NCBI GenBank assembly: GCA_964016885.1
Contig: OZ024743.1
Span: 299,832,001-299,896,000 of the forward strand
Length of the DNA: 64,000 bases
Reading direction: 5' to 3'
Source: Eledone cirrhosa
Lineage: Eukaryota
In this document: one piece after another, positions 1-16,149 of the stretch
Layout: every line of letters begins with the position of its first letter
Position numbering within the stretch: position 1 is the first letter of the stretch
Notes under the pieces: generated by a model
What the model saw: only the letters and a program-made list of their open reading frames with translations
Told to the model about the DNA's origin: nothing
Databases searched by the model: none
Made by a program: the position numbers and the translations under genes

Positions 1-483
1 GATCATGCTAAGAGAAGATAGGGAAGAATTGTAGGAAAAGTGAATAACTGCGATGGTGACAGAGAATAGAGTGAAAGAAACAGAGAAAACTCGCGTGAGG
101 GTGTATGTACGAGAGAGAGAGAGAGGTGATTGGAGAGATAGAGATTGGTGAGATAAACTTTGAGAGAGAGAGGAAGAAGTGAGCAAGTGAATCCTCGATC
201 TATGAAGAGATATGTATATCCAAACACGACAATACCTACTGATGAACCTCTTTTCACAAGCAGCTACAAAAATTATTATAAACATCTGTTTGTAAAAATG
301 TCGATAAATTTAATATAAGCTGCACTCGAGTTCACTCGCGCTGTTTTGTAGTTGATGTGTCTTTGATCAAATAGCATTGCAATTAGAATTAACTGGTCGC
401 ATGAGAGACCTGTATTCAACAACGTTTTTCTGCTTCTCTCACTTATACACATGCACACACATACACTTACACACACATAAGAA

Positions 484-533
<50 letters not shown>

Positions 534-1857
534 GTATACATACACTTCATCTACAGATTCAGAATAGTATTTGTATTGTAGGTTTTTCCATGTAAACCAC
601 ATGCAATGTGAATGACCTCTCATTGTCATTATTGGGTGTGAATGGCGTTATGTCAAGTGAAATGTCCACAAATGACACTGCTAATTACAATAGGTCCATA
701 TGTCAAATTGAACACACCACTTCAGGGAATGTTTCTAAAGGCATATGACAGTAACCTGTCAATATGCAATGGTAAATAATTACAGTTACAAGAGGCGATT
801 GTGCTAGCGCGAATTTCTTTCTAAAATAATGGATTAGGTGGGATACGGGAAAATATGTGTTGGAACGTACGTTTCAAGTACCATACACACTCGATTCAGT
901 CGCTTTCTCTTTATTTTACTATATATTACTATTGTTCTCACATTCATATTAGACTGAAGCACCCATGCGGGTGTAAATAACCTAGTGCCTGATTTGTCTT
1001 CTAGGGCATATCAAAATATGTAATCACATCTGTTCATACTTGATCAAAAACAATGAGACGTAAATAATGATTTAAACATATATATTTCATAGATATTTAA
1101 GATAAGTTACTTTGTCTTCTGATATTACATGATACGTTCTCTTTTTATTCTCAAAAGATCGGACAGTTATACACTATGACAGGGCACATTCAAATCGTTT
1201 TATAAATATTCTATATCATATACCTCATTTCCATGCTTCTGACATTATTCAAATTACGAATTAACTCCAAAGGTGTTCACGATAAATAATATTTCATAAT
1301 ATAAACATCAATTTGGAAGGGAAAAGAAATAACTTCTTTAAATTGGCTTTCATCCAGTGCCTAGCTATTTTCATGTTACCTTATTATTAATGATACTACA
1401 AACACCCAACACTTTCCCTCAACTTAATTTACCAAAATTATTTTTCTGCTATTTCATATTTATAGATATTTTAAAAAGCTCGAAATATTTCATCAATACA
1501 AAATAGCTTTCCACATCCACATAGTTCATAGGCGGGTAATTGCAAAACTCTTTATAGTGTAACACAAAATACACTGAGATATTTATCCTATGTGTTCTAA
1601 GATCAAATCACCTCTGGCTTAAATTTGCCGTTCAACCTTTCAGGCTCTAAATGAATGTGGTGTATTACCGAAATTATTAGAGTATCCGATAAGATGCCTT
1701 GTGGTATTTTTTTCCGTGTGAACGTATTTCAGAGTTTGCGTGTGGTACAATCAACCCCTCACCTGGTTTAACATTGTCATCTGGTTGCAAGCATTCGATC
1801 CACCTCTTCGTCTGTTAAATGCTTTCATCTCTTCCTCCTACTTGCATCGAAGGTCCT

Positions 1858-1943
<86 letters not shown>

Positions 1944-2032
1944 ATGTGTAAAAAGTAAGCAGAAATAACAACACAATTGTTACAGTACATGGAAGTGATA
2001 TATTAGGTTAACGCTTGATATAGCAGGAATAT

Positions 2033-2072
2033 GGTCTTAAAGTTTCGGACGCTAGTCCTTCACCAGAAGAAA
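2033..2072 (-). ncRNA. Degenerate minimal hammerhead motif in a PLE-type terminal remnant
   Basis: The minus strand reads tctt-CTGGTGA-a-ggac-tagc-gtcc-GAAA-ct-TT-aaga. Stem I is tctt/aaga, stem II is ggac/gtcc, and the core has one substitution (CUGGUGA). Confidence 0.5.
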
Positions 2073-2956
2073 GAATGGGAAATAAGATAGAGTGAGGGGA
2101 CGGGCGGGTTGGAATTGGAAAACATGTCTTTAGATGAAAATAACAGTTCCATTCATATTGACATCTCTTGCAAAACTGTTGGTGCTGGCGTTTTGTGTAT
2201 GATTTATTTTTTTAGAAAAGTGGATGAAGGTGCGCGTCTACCTGAAATGGAAAAAAAAACGTTTTCTAAAAAGAGCTATACTTGTGCACGTGCGTAAGCA
2301 TATGTGTGTGTGTTTCCATTTCAGGTAGACGCGCTCCATCATCCACTTTACCGATTGTGTTGTTATTTCGGTTTACCTTTTACATACATATATATATATA
2401 TCAATGCTTTCGTGGATCTCTCAAAATTCGTTGGATTTTCTAATTGGATTTCCACCCCGAAACTGGATACCAACCCTCCGTACACTTGAACTTCCACCAG
2501 GAAATCTTTCGTTTCATTGAAATTTTCTTTGCTTCTTATATATATATAACTGTTGTGGGTTGCCTGGAACATTGTCGAATATGTAAATTTGTCATGGATT
2601 AGAAGCCACTTCCATGTAGCTGCAGCTGTAAATAATAAAGCAACAAAATCAGATAAAGAAACAGTGATGTGGAGTTAGTTGGAAAAGAGGAAGCAATATA
2701 TATATATATATATATATAACGGGAGAGGAGGAAATGAAAAAGAATATACGATAATGTTACCTTGAAAATATTTATTATTCATTTATTTATTTAGACATGT
2801 GACACTAACCCGAGCCACAAAAAAGGCATAGAAATGTCTTCTCAGACATTCTCCAAGGTTCCCTACAGACACCTTGATAATGGAGGGTTCATACGAACTA
2901 TAAGGTCTAATAAATATTTCGAAGGCAACATTATCTCACATTATTTTCTATTTTCT

Positions 2957-3040
2957 ATTTTTATCCTTACGGGGTCGATAAAATAAAGTACCAGTAATGC
3001 ACTGGGTAATTGCTGGCCTTGTGCCTAAAGTAGAAACAAT
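2957..3040 (+). mobile_element. 5'-truncated SINE (octopus-type) with ~17-bp TSD
   Basis: Matches the 3' half of the SINE copies elsewhere in the window (atccttacggggtcgataaaataaagtaccag...gtagaaacaatt). It is flanked by the direct repeat attattttctattttct at ~2940 and ~3039. Confidence 0.85.
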
Positions 3041-4948
3041 TATTTTCTATTTTCTGTTTTTTCAGCTGATTTTCTTGCTTTTATATTTACAATCTGTACT
3101 GCATTGTAGCGGCTTTCACAACAAAATTAATTATAAATATATATGTATGATGTGGGTATTGTAGCTTGATAGTGGACTCATTGATCTTCTATGTCTGAAA
3201 TATATGCCTATAATGCTTAAGCTTATTTTATTGAAAAGTTCACCAGTTAATTCGTTCATAGGATATTTTTGACAATTAAATTATTTAACCTTGGATTCAA
3301 AGATCAACATATATTTATAATTAAACAGTAAGAAATGTAAATAATATAAACGAATACAACAGTTTTACCCACTCATTCTAGTATAATTAACAATGTAATC
3401 AGTGAAGCTGCAAACGTATAGCAATTACTCATTAAACTTATGAATGAGCGCTTTAATATTAGCTTGCAAATGCAGACAATTGACAACATTCTTATAGAAA
3501 ACAAAACCGAAACAATAAAATGAAAGAGAAATAGGTTGAAGCAAACGGACATGCTCCTTTTTGATATTGAGTGATTTTTAATTTATTAAGACTGATATTA
3601 TTAGCTGTTCTAACACAATAGAAACTGACCGAGAAACTTTAGTGTGCATAACTCATTCTATTCAGCTTTTAAATTTATAATTCACTACTAATTCCTAGAC
3701 GTCATCGTTGTAATATTTCATTTCATATATTTATGTATAGGTATCCTGGGGTAGGTGGAGTTGATTACTGAAAGCAAATGTGTAATGTATAATCAGCAAG
3801 TTTTGTGTTTACTTCCGATGTTAAATTATGTAAACGTAGAGATAGCAATTGGAAGTCACTTATTTTCTCAACTTCTAACCAGACACACCACTTTACACGT
3901 TCAACTTTGCCATGGCTTTCATTATTCGCTGATGTTGGTGGCTAGTGTGTCAACGCCGATTAAAGATTTAATATATCATGCACAAAAAAGAAGTTATAAT
4001 TCCAAACCTCAAAAACAAGCTAGATGAATGTCATACATCAATACGAATTCTTTATTTTAATTAAATACCTAAATGAGACCTTCGTATATGCCCCTTATCT
4101 CAAGAGTTATTAAGTTGAATCATCTTTGATCAGTCAAGCATTAGACCTCGGGGAATTTTGTATTTCTTTTTCCTATGCTTCTTTATTTCTTAAAGTTACA
4201 TCATTGATTTCTCTTGGCTATATAAAAACGTTTCTCAATCCAATAAAGAAACAATTTAAATACTTGATTTTTCGCAATCGTTTGCTCTTTAGATTTTTTA
4301 ATTTATTTTTATGAGAAAATATTTTTTATACATGTCTTTTAGTAGTTTCTTGACTGACGAATATCGAGTCACATTTGAATTTTTTTAAGTTGCTGCTGTT
4401 ATAGACTGGGTTACTGTTAGTGTTGCTGTGGAAGGTGATGTTGCTGTTATGGTTGCTGGAGAGGCTGATGTTGCTGCTGTTTTATTTCAGTTTAATTTGT
4501 TCTACTCTTTAACATACTGAAAAGTAAAAGAAAAAGATATGTTCACGTAAAAATTTACTTTGAGAATATTTTTCTCTAATTTGAATTTTGTTCTTTCTTT
4601 TATTATTGTTGTTATTGATGTGATATTTCTACTGCTGCTGTTGTTGATGATGTTGTCGTTGTTGTTGTTGTTACTGTTGCATTTTCCACAAGTTCTGCTG
4701 TGTTCTGCTTGGTTTCCTTTAAATTTCCATCACATTGTTTTGGGGTTGTTTATTTTATTTCTACAGTTTTCTCTTGTGATTGAATTGATATGACTTCTTA
4801 GTCAGGAGATAGTTCGCTACTTTGAAATACCTTTGTTGGCGTCAGTAAATAGTGTTAATTAACTACATAACAAGACGGATAAATCAATGAACTATAAAGT
4901 GTTGGAAAGAAATTCAAAGTAAAATTGAAGATGATTTATCATATATAT

Positions 4949-5026
<78 letters not shown>

Positions 5027-5027
5027 T

Positions 5028-6052
5028 AATTCCACGGAATTCAACATTGTTCTCACTGATCATTTCTACGCATTTCTCCACAGCAAAATCCACGTCAATA
5101 GATGGATATAGGGACACAGCATCCATACTGCCTATTATGCAGTTTGTTAGGTCCCTAGATCGGTTACCTTCGCTGATTCTGCTGAGGAGGTCCTCCGTGC
5201 TGTCACATATATCTGGGGACATTTCAATGATGGGGCGTATGATCAGGGAGAAGAAGTAGGAAAGTCTGTAGTTACTAGCAATGTTAGCTCCACAGACTGG
5301 CGGTGTTGGTGGTCCTGTGACAGGGTCACTGCTCGTTTTATGGTCTTTTCGAAGCCCATACAATGCTGGCACGTCATTGTTCCAGGCCTGGAAGTTGTTG
5401 GGCTGCATTATGTTTGTCCACATAATCATATGGGCATTGAGGGTTTTTTCCCTGTCCTCATGCTCTTGGGGTGTTACTTCTCTTGTGTTAGTGATGTGCG
5501 GCTGCATTGCCTGGATGTAGTTTGACAGACTGTCAACCGACATTCTGCCAGACTTGTCTGTTGGAAAGCATGCAATCTCTCCATTACGCGAGCGCTGCAT
5601 GAGCTTACGCAAGCCATTTGCAGATTTTTCTCCCAGTTGCTGGGCCTCGATTCTATTTTGCTTCTTACTATACTGTTCTATAATGTTTCTAAGTTTAGAT
5701 CTAGCTATACTAAATTGTGCTTCTGTTTGTTCATCGACCTGCGACGGCAATTGCGTGCGTTTGTTAAAAGCTAAATTCGTGGTGTGGACTCGTCACAGAT
5801 CGAAAGACTTATCGGAAGGATTATAAAAAGAAGAGTTCCAGGCTGCTGCTTTATGTGTACTAGTACTATTGTTATTGTTAATTGTGTTGTTTCTATTTCT
5901 ATTTCCACCAACAGCCTCATGGTTGTTTCTATGTCTCTCATTATTACTCCTGTCTCTTTCATCTGGCTCATTGTTATTATCTACTCTATTTTGTGTGTCT
6001 GTGTGTTCGCCCTGGTTATTTTCTCTGTCAGTATTGACAGTCTCCCTTCTCA
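5028..6052 (-). mobile_element. Penelope-like element, inverted N-terminal/RT segment
   Basis: ORF 4914..5750(-) has PLE RT N-terminal motifs: FPTDKSGR, PALYGLRKDHK, PVCGA, STEDLL, IGSMDAVSLYPSID. It ends at a (TA)n tract. Confidence 0.88.
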
Positions 6053-7615
6053 ATTAGAAGACAGCAACCTCTTAACCCTGATAATGTACTCCCGCTACGT
6101 TGATGATATAAACATCGTAGTAAAAACACCCCGACTAGAGAACAGTCAGGAATTAGGGACAAACACCATGGAAAGCATCCAGCAAATAGCTAACTCTATC
6201 CACCAAAGTATTAGAGTTACTATAGACTACCCAAGCAAACACCCCAACCATCGATTACCTGTACTAGACACAGAGCTCTGGTTAGATACTATCAATAACA
6301 AAAAACAGATCCTCCATTCCCATTATGCCAAACCCATGACTTCCAAATATCTGATCCACCGAAACTCAGCTGTTTCGGACCATACCAAAATCAACATACT
6401 GATTGCGGATTTGGTACGGGAAATGAGAAACGTGTCCCACATTTGCAGCCCCAAAGAACTAGAGAGACACATACAACACTTCATGCACCGTATGCAGTTC
6501 TCTGGTTACAATCAGAGAGATAAGATCAGAGTATATAGAGGAGCCAGAACCAAATGGGAAAAAATGGTAAATAATGATACAAATGGGACCTGCCCCTTGT
6601 ATAGGAGCAAATATTGGAATAGAATAGAAAGAACTATGAATGAGGTTAATAGAATATACTCATGGTATGTAGCAATAAATACCAGAGTGTAATGTTCATC
6701 GATACAACCCTTAGAGGTGAATTAACTTACAAATTTCGAAGGGCCTTAGATAAACATAAACTTAATATTAAGATAGTAGAAAGACCAGGTACCTCCATAA
6801 AAAAACACTTATTAGCAATACATACCCTTTTCAAAGACCTCCCTGTATAGATAAGACATGTATAATCTGTAAACTAAGCCCCCATATTAACTGTAAAACT
6901 AGAAATATAGTATATAGCATAAGATGTACTGAAGGACAATGTAGAGATAAGAATATAGTGTACATAGGTGAGACAGCTCGTAGTATAGGAGAAAGGATAA
7001 ATGAACACTGGCGAGAACTTCAAGATAGTAAATAATCATCTGTACTCTACCAACATGTTAAATAGAACATAAGGGTAAATTAGAGAACATAGAGATAAAA
7101 ATAGAATCTACAGACAGAAAAGACGCAATGTTTAGACAAATTACAGAGGCAATAAACATAAATGATCTCCAACCAAAATTAAATAGAAAGCATGAATGGT
7201 ACAGCAACATTCCAACTTACAATTAAGGACAAAATGAAAACACACACACACATAGAACAAACAACCAACCAGTAACATGTAAATAAACAAATAAATAAAC
7301 ACATATAAATACACACAGACACGCGGATGTCAGACATGCGCAAACTAAGCACACAACACGCACAAAAACAAGATGGCGTAGGACAGAACAAAGGAGTAGC
7401 ACAAAAACAATGAAAATAATCCCAGTCACTGAAGAGGTCACAGAATGTGTGACGAAAGAACTTTGACAATATATGAACAATCGTCTGGTTGTGGAACCAA
7501 CCAACCAACCGGAAATTTATAAATTCCTAAATTTATAAATTTAATTTATAATAAATTGAAGTGATAGCAGCTGGTGCGTGTGTTTCTTATTGGCAACATG
7601 ACCCTCCCAAAGTCT

Positions 7616-7620
<5 letters not shown>
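6053..7620 (+). mobile_element. Penelope-like element, C-terminal RT + GIY-YIG endonuclease + 3' terminal region (decayed)
   Basis: The RT core/thumb reads YSRYVDDINIV...LPVLD...HYAKPM...MQFSGY. From 6859 it reads CIICKLSPHINCKTRNIVYSIRCTEGQCRDKNIVYIGETARSIGERINEHW (GIY-YIG with a Cys-rich linker). Frameshifts and stops are present, and the element ends in (TA)n. Confidence 0.92.
7425..7467 (+). ncRNA. Minimal type I hammerhead ribozyme motif in the PLE 3' terminal region
   Basis: gtca-CTGAAGA-g-gtcaca-gaatg-tgtgac-GAAA-gaac-TT-tgac. Stem I is gtca/tgac and stem II is gtcaca/tgtgac. Confidence 0.7.
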
Positions 7621-9080
<1,460 letters not shown>

Positions 9081-11316
9081 TGCATATATATATATATTTA
9101 TATATATATACTTAAATTACACTGACACAAAATAGAATCATCAAATATAAACTATAATCATCCATCGTTCAGAATTTGTCAGATTATATTTAAAATGGCA
9201 AGTGTAGAAATATTGGAAGTAACTCATTAAAACTAGGCAATTGATAGTCAGGTTATATTTTATTGTTGGAGCTTTTTAATAACTACGAGACGTAGAACGA
9301 ATAAAAGATACGAGTTACCCTTCTTTCTATCTTATTTGATTTTCTTTAAATCTGATAAACAATATATTCAAGCAGAAATGTGATATTAATAAACGTGTGG
9401 GTTGAGAAATATATATGAACAAAAAATAACTAAATTAAATATTCAGTAAGAAAACAGCTAGACGGTGAAATCATAGCAATTATCGAAGTCAGTGAAAACT
9501 TCCATTTAAGCTTTGATATTAGCTTACGGTCATTGTCAAGAGCCGACAATTAATTACAACCTGAAACAAATTTTTTTAATGAAGCAAGGAAAAGAGAATG
9601 AAAATAAATATAAAAAATAACAAAAAAAAAAACCAGTAAATATTCCTGATATTGAGTTATTCATAAATTTATTTCATACTTAGTTAAATCTCGAAATTCT
9701 AGCTTGAAAATGAAAGGAAACACATTAGTTCAGACAATAGATATCTGTTTTGTTAGGTTTTCTTTCGGCATCTTTGTTTGATTTAGATTTTTTCATTGTT
9801 TAAGAAGAAAACAATATACACACACACAAACGCATGTGTGAGTAAGTGTGTGCGTGAATATGTATGTGGTGAAGACTGTTGTGTATGTGCAAGTTTTCCT
9901 ACAATATAACCAGTAGTTAATAACAGCTAACGTTAGACATGACTAATATTGTTATTTATCAAAATGGACATTATCAGATTTAATTCAGTAGAATTATGAT
10001 TTACGTTTCTGAACATGTACCTGTTCAAAATATATTGTTTGCAGTGAGTCCATGTTTATTTTATGCAGCATAATTTGATTGAAGGTTAAGCAATATGACG
10101 GCAATTCCATAATTAGCTGGTGGTTCTTCCCATTATATTATTAGTTACTTCAGAATAGATACATTAGTGTTGAGTTGATACAATTTAATTTCGTGAATGA
10201 GAACAGAATATTTAAGCTGACAAAATATCTTTAATGTTCTACACGGAAATATTATAGTCTCCTACATGCACAACTATCACGAATGAAAGTATAAAAACAT
10301 ATTTGTTTACATTTTTACATGGATATATTTCATATATGTGTCAATATGTGTCAATATGATGATTTTCCCTAAATAATATGTGCTTATTTCATTAAGCTTT
10401 GAAATAAGAAATGCATATAGAGCTTTACAGTGTTTAAAGGTGGGAAACGAAAAAACGAAACGAATTACAGTCACGTATTGGGCCTGATATATTTGCAAAT
10501 ATACTTGCTTCGCCCCTGCGTACACACGGTTTAACTTCGAATTCATGCAACGTCTTCAATTGTTGTAGTGTCTATTTTCTTTTCTTTAAAAGTCAAATTG
10601 AAGAGCCATATTAATTAAAACTGGTAAAGAGCTGGGTAATAATTTGATATCTCCAGTTGAAAGATGCTGGCGTTGTATCTAATCTACAGAAACAGTTGAA
10701 AAGCACCTAAGTGCATGACCATCAATTAATTAATGTTTAATTTATGTGCAGCCGTAATCCTGTTGATGATAGCATTGCTAACCATAGCTAAGTCTGTCTC
10801 AGATGAGGCTATCAATCTATTCATTATGTCTGCTTTCATAGTCGGGTTTTTGGCCCTAATAGTAATGCGAATTTTCTTAGGTTTGTACGGCTGAATTCAT
10901 TTATTATTATTAATTTTTTGCTTTTTTTCTTGTATTAAGTTTATTTTCGTCGGTTAAAATGCTCTCTCCCCCCCCCCTCTCTCTCTATATATATATATAT
11001 ATATACCTGATGCCGGATACAAACAAAACGAAGATATTCCCAAATGGGTTAACATTGCGTCTGATAAACAAATTGATTCGAACATGATTGTAATCAATTG
11101 AAGCTGTGAGCATTTGTGGAATAAGTGTTACGTGTGATTACGGATAGAATATGTTAAACGAACTCTCATTCGCCTATAATTACTGTGCATACTACGTCAA
11201 TGACAACCAGATGACGCTTTTAATACAAACAGATGCCGCCTATTGTGATATTCTAACTCCAAATGTTTATATATATACATATACATACATATATATATAT
11301 ATACATATACATACAT

Positions 11317-11348
<32 letters not shown>

Positions 11349-11544
11349 ACGTGTGTATAATGGTAGCTAGGGTGCTTCCATAGGCGGTATGCGAAAATTA
11401 GCACTCAATATTCATACAGAACAGAGTGTGGATAGCGTGAGTGTGGATTAATGAGAACATTTGCTCCGAACAAACTGCCCGTGTCCGAAAGAACCTCAGC
11501 CGTAGAATCGTAACCATTTAACATCTCAGGGTATGTCATATATC

Positions 11545-11607
11545 ATTATATTTTGTCTGATGAGGACGTACTGTTGTACATCCGAAATATGTATAATAAA
11601 ATGTAAT
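11545..11607 (+). ncRNA. Type I hammerhead ribozyme (family B-related)
   Basis: attatattttgt-CTGATGA-ggacgtac-tgtt-gtacatcc-GAAA-tatgta-TA-ataaaatgtaat. It has a 12-bp stem I with G-U pairs, an intact core, an 8-bp stem II with one mismatch and a near-palindromic stem III. Confidence 0.85.
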
Positions 11608-11698
11608 TGATAAAAAGAACATCTATTTTATTAATATTTGTATTTTAATATATATAGATATACATATATATGTATATGTGTTTGTGTGTGTGCGTGTG

Positions 11699-11742
<44 letters not shown>

Positions 11743-11745
<3 letters not shown>

Positions 11746-13132
11746 GGAGGGTCATATTCGTGTAATAATATTGTGAGAATTAATAACAGAACACACTCAC
11801 TGTTTGGTTGGGTTCGCTTCTGTGTCTTTTATATCGGTTAATTTAATTTATTCGGTCCTCAATGTTACCATTGACTGACCAAAGGTCAAAAATACAGATA
11901 CAGTATAGACACAAATGCATATATATAGTCTAACAAAGTTCTTTCGTTGCAGATCTGCAACAATGTCAGTGGTGCTATTATGTTTCCTCCCGTTGCATTG
12001 TATGCCTACGCCATATTTATTTAGTCTGTTTATTTATTTATTTATTTGTTTATTTTTTGGGGTCTTCTCTGCGCATGAGTTTGCGTGTGTGTATAGTGTT
12101 TTGTTTGATGTGTGTTCGTGTTTGGGTGGCTGTGTATTGGTTAATGTATTCTATTTTTACTAGTGTGTTTATATGTGTTTGTTGTTATTGTGCTTGTGTA
12201 TTTATTTATTTATTTATTTATTTATACTTCTCTTAGGTCAGTGTTGTTTGTTTGGGTGTTGTTTTTATTCCATTCATTTTTTTCTGTTTAGCCTTGGCCT
12301 TCTATGTTCTATTTCGCTAGCCTCTCTGATTTGCCTATCTGCTTGGTCATTTCTATGTTTAGATATTATTTTAATTTCTATGTTGTCTATGTTACCGTCC
12401 TGTTGTTGTCTGGCATGTTCATATAGTAATGAACCGTTTTTTGTCCTTTTAGTTCCCCTCAGTGTTGGTCTATCCTTTCATCTATGCTACGAGCTGTCGC
12501 GCCTATGTATGTTGTAATGTTTATGCAAGTACCCTCTGTACATCTTATGCTATAGACTACGTTTCTAGTTTTACAGTTTATCCGGGTGTTTACTTTACAT
12601 ATAATACATTTCCTATTAGTACAGTGTGTTTCTTAAAAGGGTAGGTTTTGCTGATCAGGGATTTTATGGTGGTTCCTGGCTTTTCTATCACTTTAATCTT
12701 TAAGTGGGTCTTTCTCAGGGTCTTTCTACACTGGTTAGCTAACTTTCCTCTAGTGGTAGCGTCCACAAACATGACACTCTGGTATCTAATGTTGTCGTAC
12801 CATGAGGTGGCTTTCCCTATCTTATATGTCTAGTCCTATCTAAGCTATTTCATGATTTGCTCCTGTATAATGGGCAAATTCCTTTCATGTCCAGTTCTAT
12901 GATGGTCTTATACTTCTCCGTGGCTCCTTCGTATACTTTGGTCAGTCAATGGTAACATTGAGGACCGAATAAATTAAATTAACCGATATAAAAGACACAG
13001 AAGCGAAAACCAACCAAATAGTGAGGGTGTTCTGTTATTAATTCTGGCAATATTATTACACAAATATGACCCTCCCCAAGTATAACAATATTTGTTTCGA
13101 CACACGAATCCATATCAAAAACCTCGCAAAAC
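11743..13132 (-). mobile_element. 5'-truncated Penelope-like element (GIY-YIG + 3' region) with inverted terminal repeat
   Basis: The minus strand encodes VMFVDATTRGKLANQ...IKVIEKPGTTIK and CIICKVNTRINCKTRNVVYSIRCTEGTCINITTYIGATARSIDERIDQH, the same family as 6053-7620. Segment 11743-11885 is repeated in inverted form at 12936-13078. The element is flanked by (TA)n. Confidence 0.88.
11932..11974 (-). ncRNA. Degenerate hammerhead motif homologous to 7425-7467
   Basis: CTGACAT-t-gttgcag-at-ctgcaac-GAAA-gaac-TT. It has the same GAAAgaacTT as the 7425 copy and a different but still paired stem II. The core is mutated. Confidence 0.55.
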
Positions 13133-14879
13133 TATATATATATATATATATTCATTTAAGTTTGGTGGATATAACTGGTCATTCCATATAGCCAACTGTA
13201 AAGTAAATTAGGAAAAGCACTTGACGTTGTGTAACTCATCTATCTTTGATGTTAAATCTTGTCGCTGTTGCGAGAATGGAGTTAATTATTATTGAGTAAA
13301 GTGACAGGAGGCCGAACTGGTGATATTCTTTCATATATATGTATGTGTGTTTATATATATTGTGGTCCAGCTGGTTGTGTTGGCGCTGATAACGTTGTTA
13401 GAACTCAATGTGTCCTTGGAAAGATGGTTACACCGAGGTTAGGCGGTGTGAGCAGATGATTTGTTGGTAGTTGAACACCGCTTAACGTTTCCTCGAAGAA
13501 AATCCGTCCAGGTTACATACTTATTTACATATATGTGTGTGCATAGAACAATAAAAAAGACACAAAATCAGACATAGCTAGTTAATTAGTTAATTAGAAC
13601 TAAGTCACTACTTACGCCTGTCCTCTCTCTTTTTTTCATTGTTCGATTCACAAACACATATATGTCTATATAAATATAAATATACATTCTGTATGTGCAT
13701 ATGTGTAGAAAGTATTTATAAACGCCTCGTTTATAAATATGTTTATTCTATTCACATGACGCATGAGAAAAGTAACATGGTTTCTTGATTAGGACAAAGT
13801 CTAGTTTGCCGGGCGGTAGATATATGAGATTCTTACACTGATTGAGGCTTACCTCTATTTTCTATGAAGAGTAATTTGTGTTATGTTGCATAACATTATA
13901 CGATTATGTATGTATTTACATACATGTAAATACATACCCGTACATCCATGCACAGACTTAGATGGACACATACGCACATACGCAGACACACTCACACAGG
14001 AAGATGTATATATGTATATGTATATATGTATATAATGCACACCCACATACACACACACACACACTCACACACACACATATATATACACACACACACACAT
14101 ACATATATTTATATATACACATACAAATATATAGATGTATATATATATATACCAGTTATATACACCGACAAGCACGTTACCACACGCACACACACACCCT
14201 TGTACATATATATGCATGATCGAGTGAATAAATGATGCATGTTTTACTTACAATCAAACATCGTTGTTTGTTGTTGAAGATCAAAAACTAGTTTAACTTT
14301 AGTTAACCATGGTTGAGTCGTATACAAATGAATTACAAAAACTATACAATTTATGGCCATACAAAATAAGATCAAACTTCAAATCCCAAATGAGCCTAAA
14401 TCCACATGAAAGATAACTTGTAAAGAACTAGAGAAATGGCCGTCTTTTCAAGCGTCCTTTATGAATTCAAATTCACTTCATTGATGTATTATATGTCTGG
14501 ACCAAAGCTACATAATTTACGGCATAATGTACTAAACTGGAAAATTCGTTTCTATGTTGTTGCCTAAATCGTAGAATATTAGAGAATGTAAAAGATGATT
14601 CTAAGCTTATTCAAGCCTTAGAATGAAACCATTTAATAGAACCTTCATTAATGAAATACTTAATGGTTAAGCAGGTATGTAGATACATAAGCTCACTAAT
14701 ATACAAGCATTCTTGAGTGTGTCTGTGTAATCGGTTGTGTGTATGCCTGGTGGGTCATATGAATTTGAAAGAGAAGTAAAGAAACTATTTGAGTTTTCGG
14801 TTTTTCTATAATGAATTTAAAGATATACGTTACATACTCGCATACAAGAACACACACACACACACGTGCGTGCATAAAT

Positions 14880-14920
<41 letters not shown>

Positions 14921-14923
14921 TAT

Positions 14924-15042
<119 letters not shown>

Positions 15043-15304
15043 GTATAGTGTAGGTAGTAGAATGAAGAACTGGTGTTGGTACCAAATCAAGCACTGTATG
15101 CAGGCAGAGGCAGAGAGTATATAATAGAAAAAGAAGAGGAAGTTTGGTTTATTTATGAAAAATATGCATTGCGTATCGACATGTTTCGCGCGTTTCGCAG
15201 AGGATTAGACTCATGTGGGTTATGGACCCGACTCCAGCATCGATCTGCTCCGCAAACTGATAATGCGACAAAATATATATTTTTGTTGTGGTATTTGGGC
15301 AGAT

Positions 15305-15371
<67 letters not shown>

Positions 15372-15376
<5 letters not shown>

Positions 15377-15595
15377 TAAAAGGAAAAGAAAATACTGACA
15401 AATTTTTCCCAGTGAAAAATAGTTTAATTAGAAATAAGTATAAATTAGTAATAAGTATTGGTTGGTATTCAGTTTCAGTTTTAAGTTTTTACCGGTTACG
15501 CATTTCTAATGCTTTTCAAAAATAATTTTGAGATAGAGCGCTCGTGATGTTTCCTTTTACTAATATATCACAACTCGTGTGTTACACCTCTATTT
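15372..15595. mobile_element. Short copy of (TA)n-embedded family A (inverted segment plus 3' tail)
   Basis: 15372-15548 matches 27584-27760, and 15550-15595 matches 29265-29310. A further diverged fragment lies at 15990-16105. Confidence 0.75.
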
Positions 15596-15611
15596 ATATA
15601 TATATATATGT

Positions 15612-15945
15612 ATACGATATTAATAAAAGGAAACTATATTTATAAAACCATATTTATTTCATTATACATATTTCAGGGATACCAAATTAAATTATGGTAT
15701 GCCTTCATCAGAGAAAATACAATATATAACAGTTTTACAAATAAGCTTTGACGTACCCTATTAAAATGCAACCATAATTTAATTTGGTATCTCTGAAATA
15801 TGTATAATGAAATAAATATGGTTTTATAAATATAGTTCCCATTTATTAATATCGTATATCTACTCCAAATACTTGTCGAGTGCTTTATATCAGTTATAAA
15901 AATATTTACTTGTTGTATCCCAACAATTTTAAATAGAACTTTTGC

Positions 15946-15948
<3 letters not shown>
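15612..15948. mobile_element. Family B HHR-bearing fold-back element
   Basis: 15612-15700 is repeated in inverted form at 15771-15858. It is homologous to 18825-18985, 30375-30540 and 61055-61530, and is flanked by (TA)n. Confidence 0.8.
15650..15725 (-). ncRNA. Type I hammerhead ribozyme (family B)
   Basis: atattgtattttct-CTGATGA-aggcatacca-taatttaatt-tggtatccct-GAAA-tatgta-TA-atgaaataaatat. Confidence 0.8.
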
Positions 15949-15992
<44 letters not shown>

Positions 15993-16149
15993 TAAACGGA
16001 ATAGAAAATGCTGACAAATTGTTCACAGTTGAAAAATGGTTTAATTAGGAATAAAAGAGTATTAGTGATTGTATGGGTTAGTATTCAGTTGAGGTTTTAA
16101 GTTTTTATATATATAGAAGGATTTAAATGGATACAGTTCAGTTAAAAGG

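Noticed and set aside
2205-2345. ~30-bp inverted repeat with TGGATGA-aggt...acct-GAAA
   Set aside because: The core and stem III are too degenerate to call a ribozyme. Probably an old fold-back remnant.
4385-4540. Minus-strand polypyrimidine + CAG acceptor-like site followed by Thr/Ala- or Gln-rich codons
   Set aside because: All three frames hit stops within ~30 nt of the putative acceptor, so an exon cannot be supported.
5784-6692. 302-aa ORF as an intact gene
   Set aside because: Its N-terminal third is the antisense of the inverted PLE segment. Only the part after ~6053 is real RT sequence.
15170-15275. GAAAcatgTC hammerhead half on the minus strand
   Set aside because: No convincing CUGANGA or stem I partner was found. 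At best it is a decayed PLE end.
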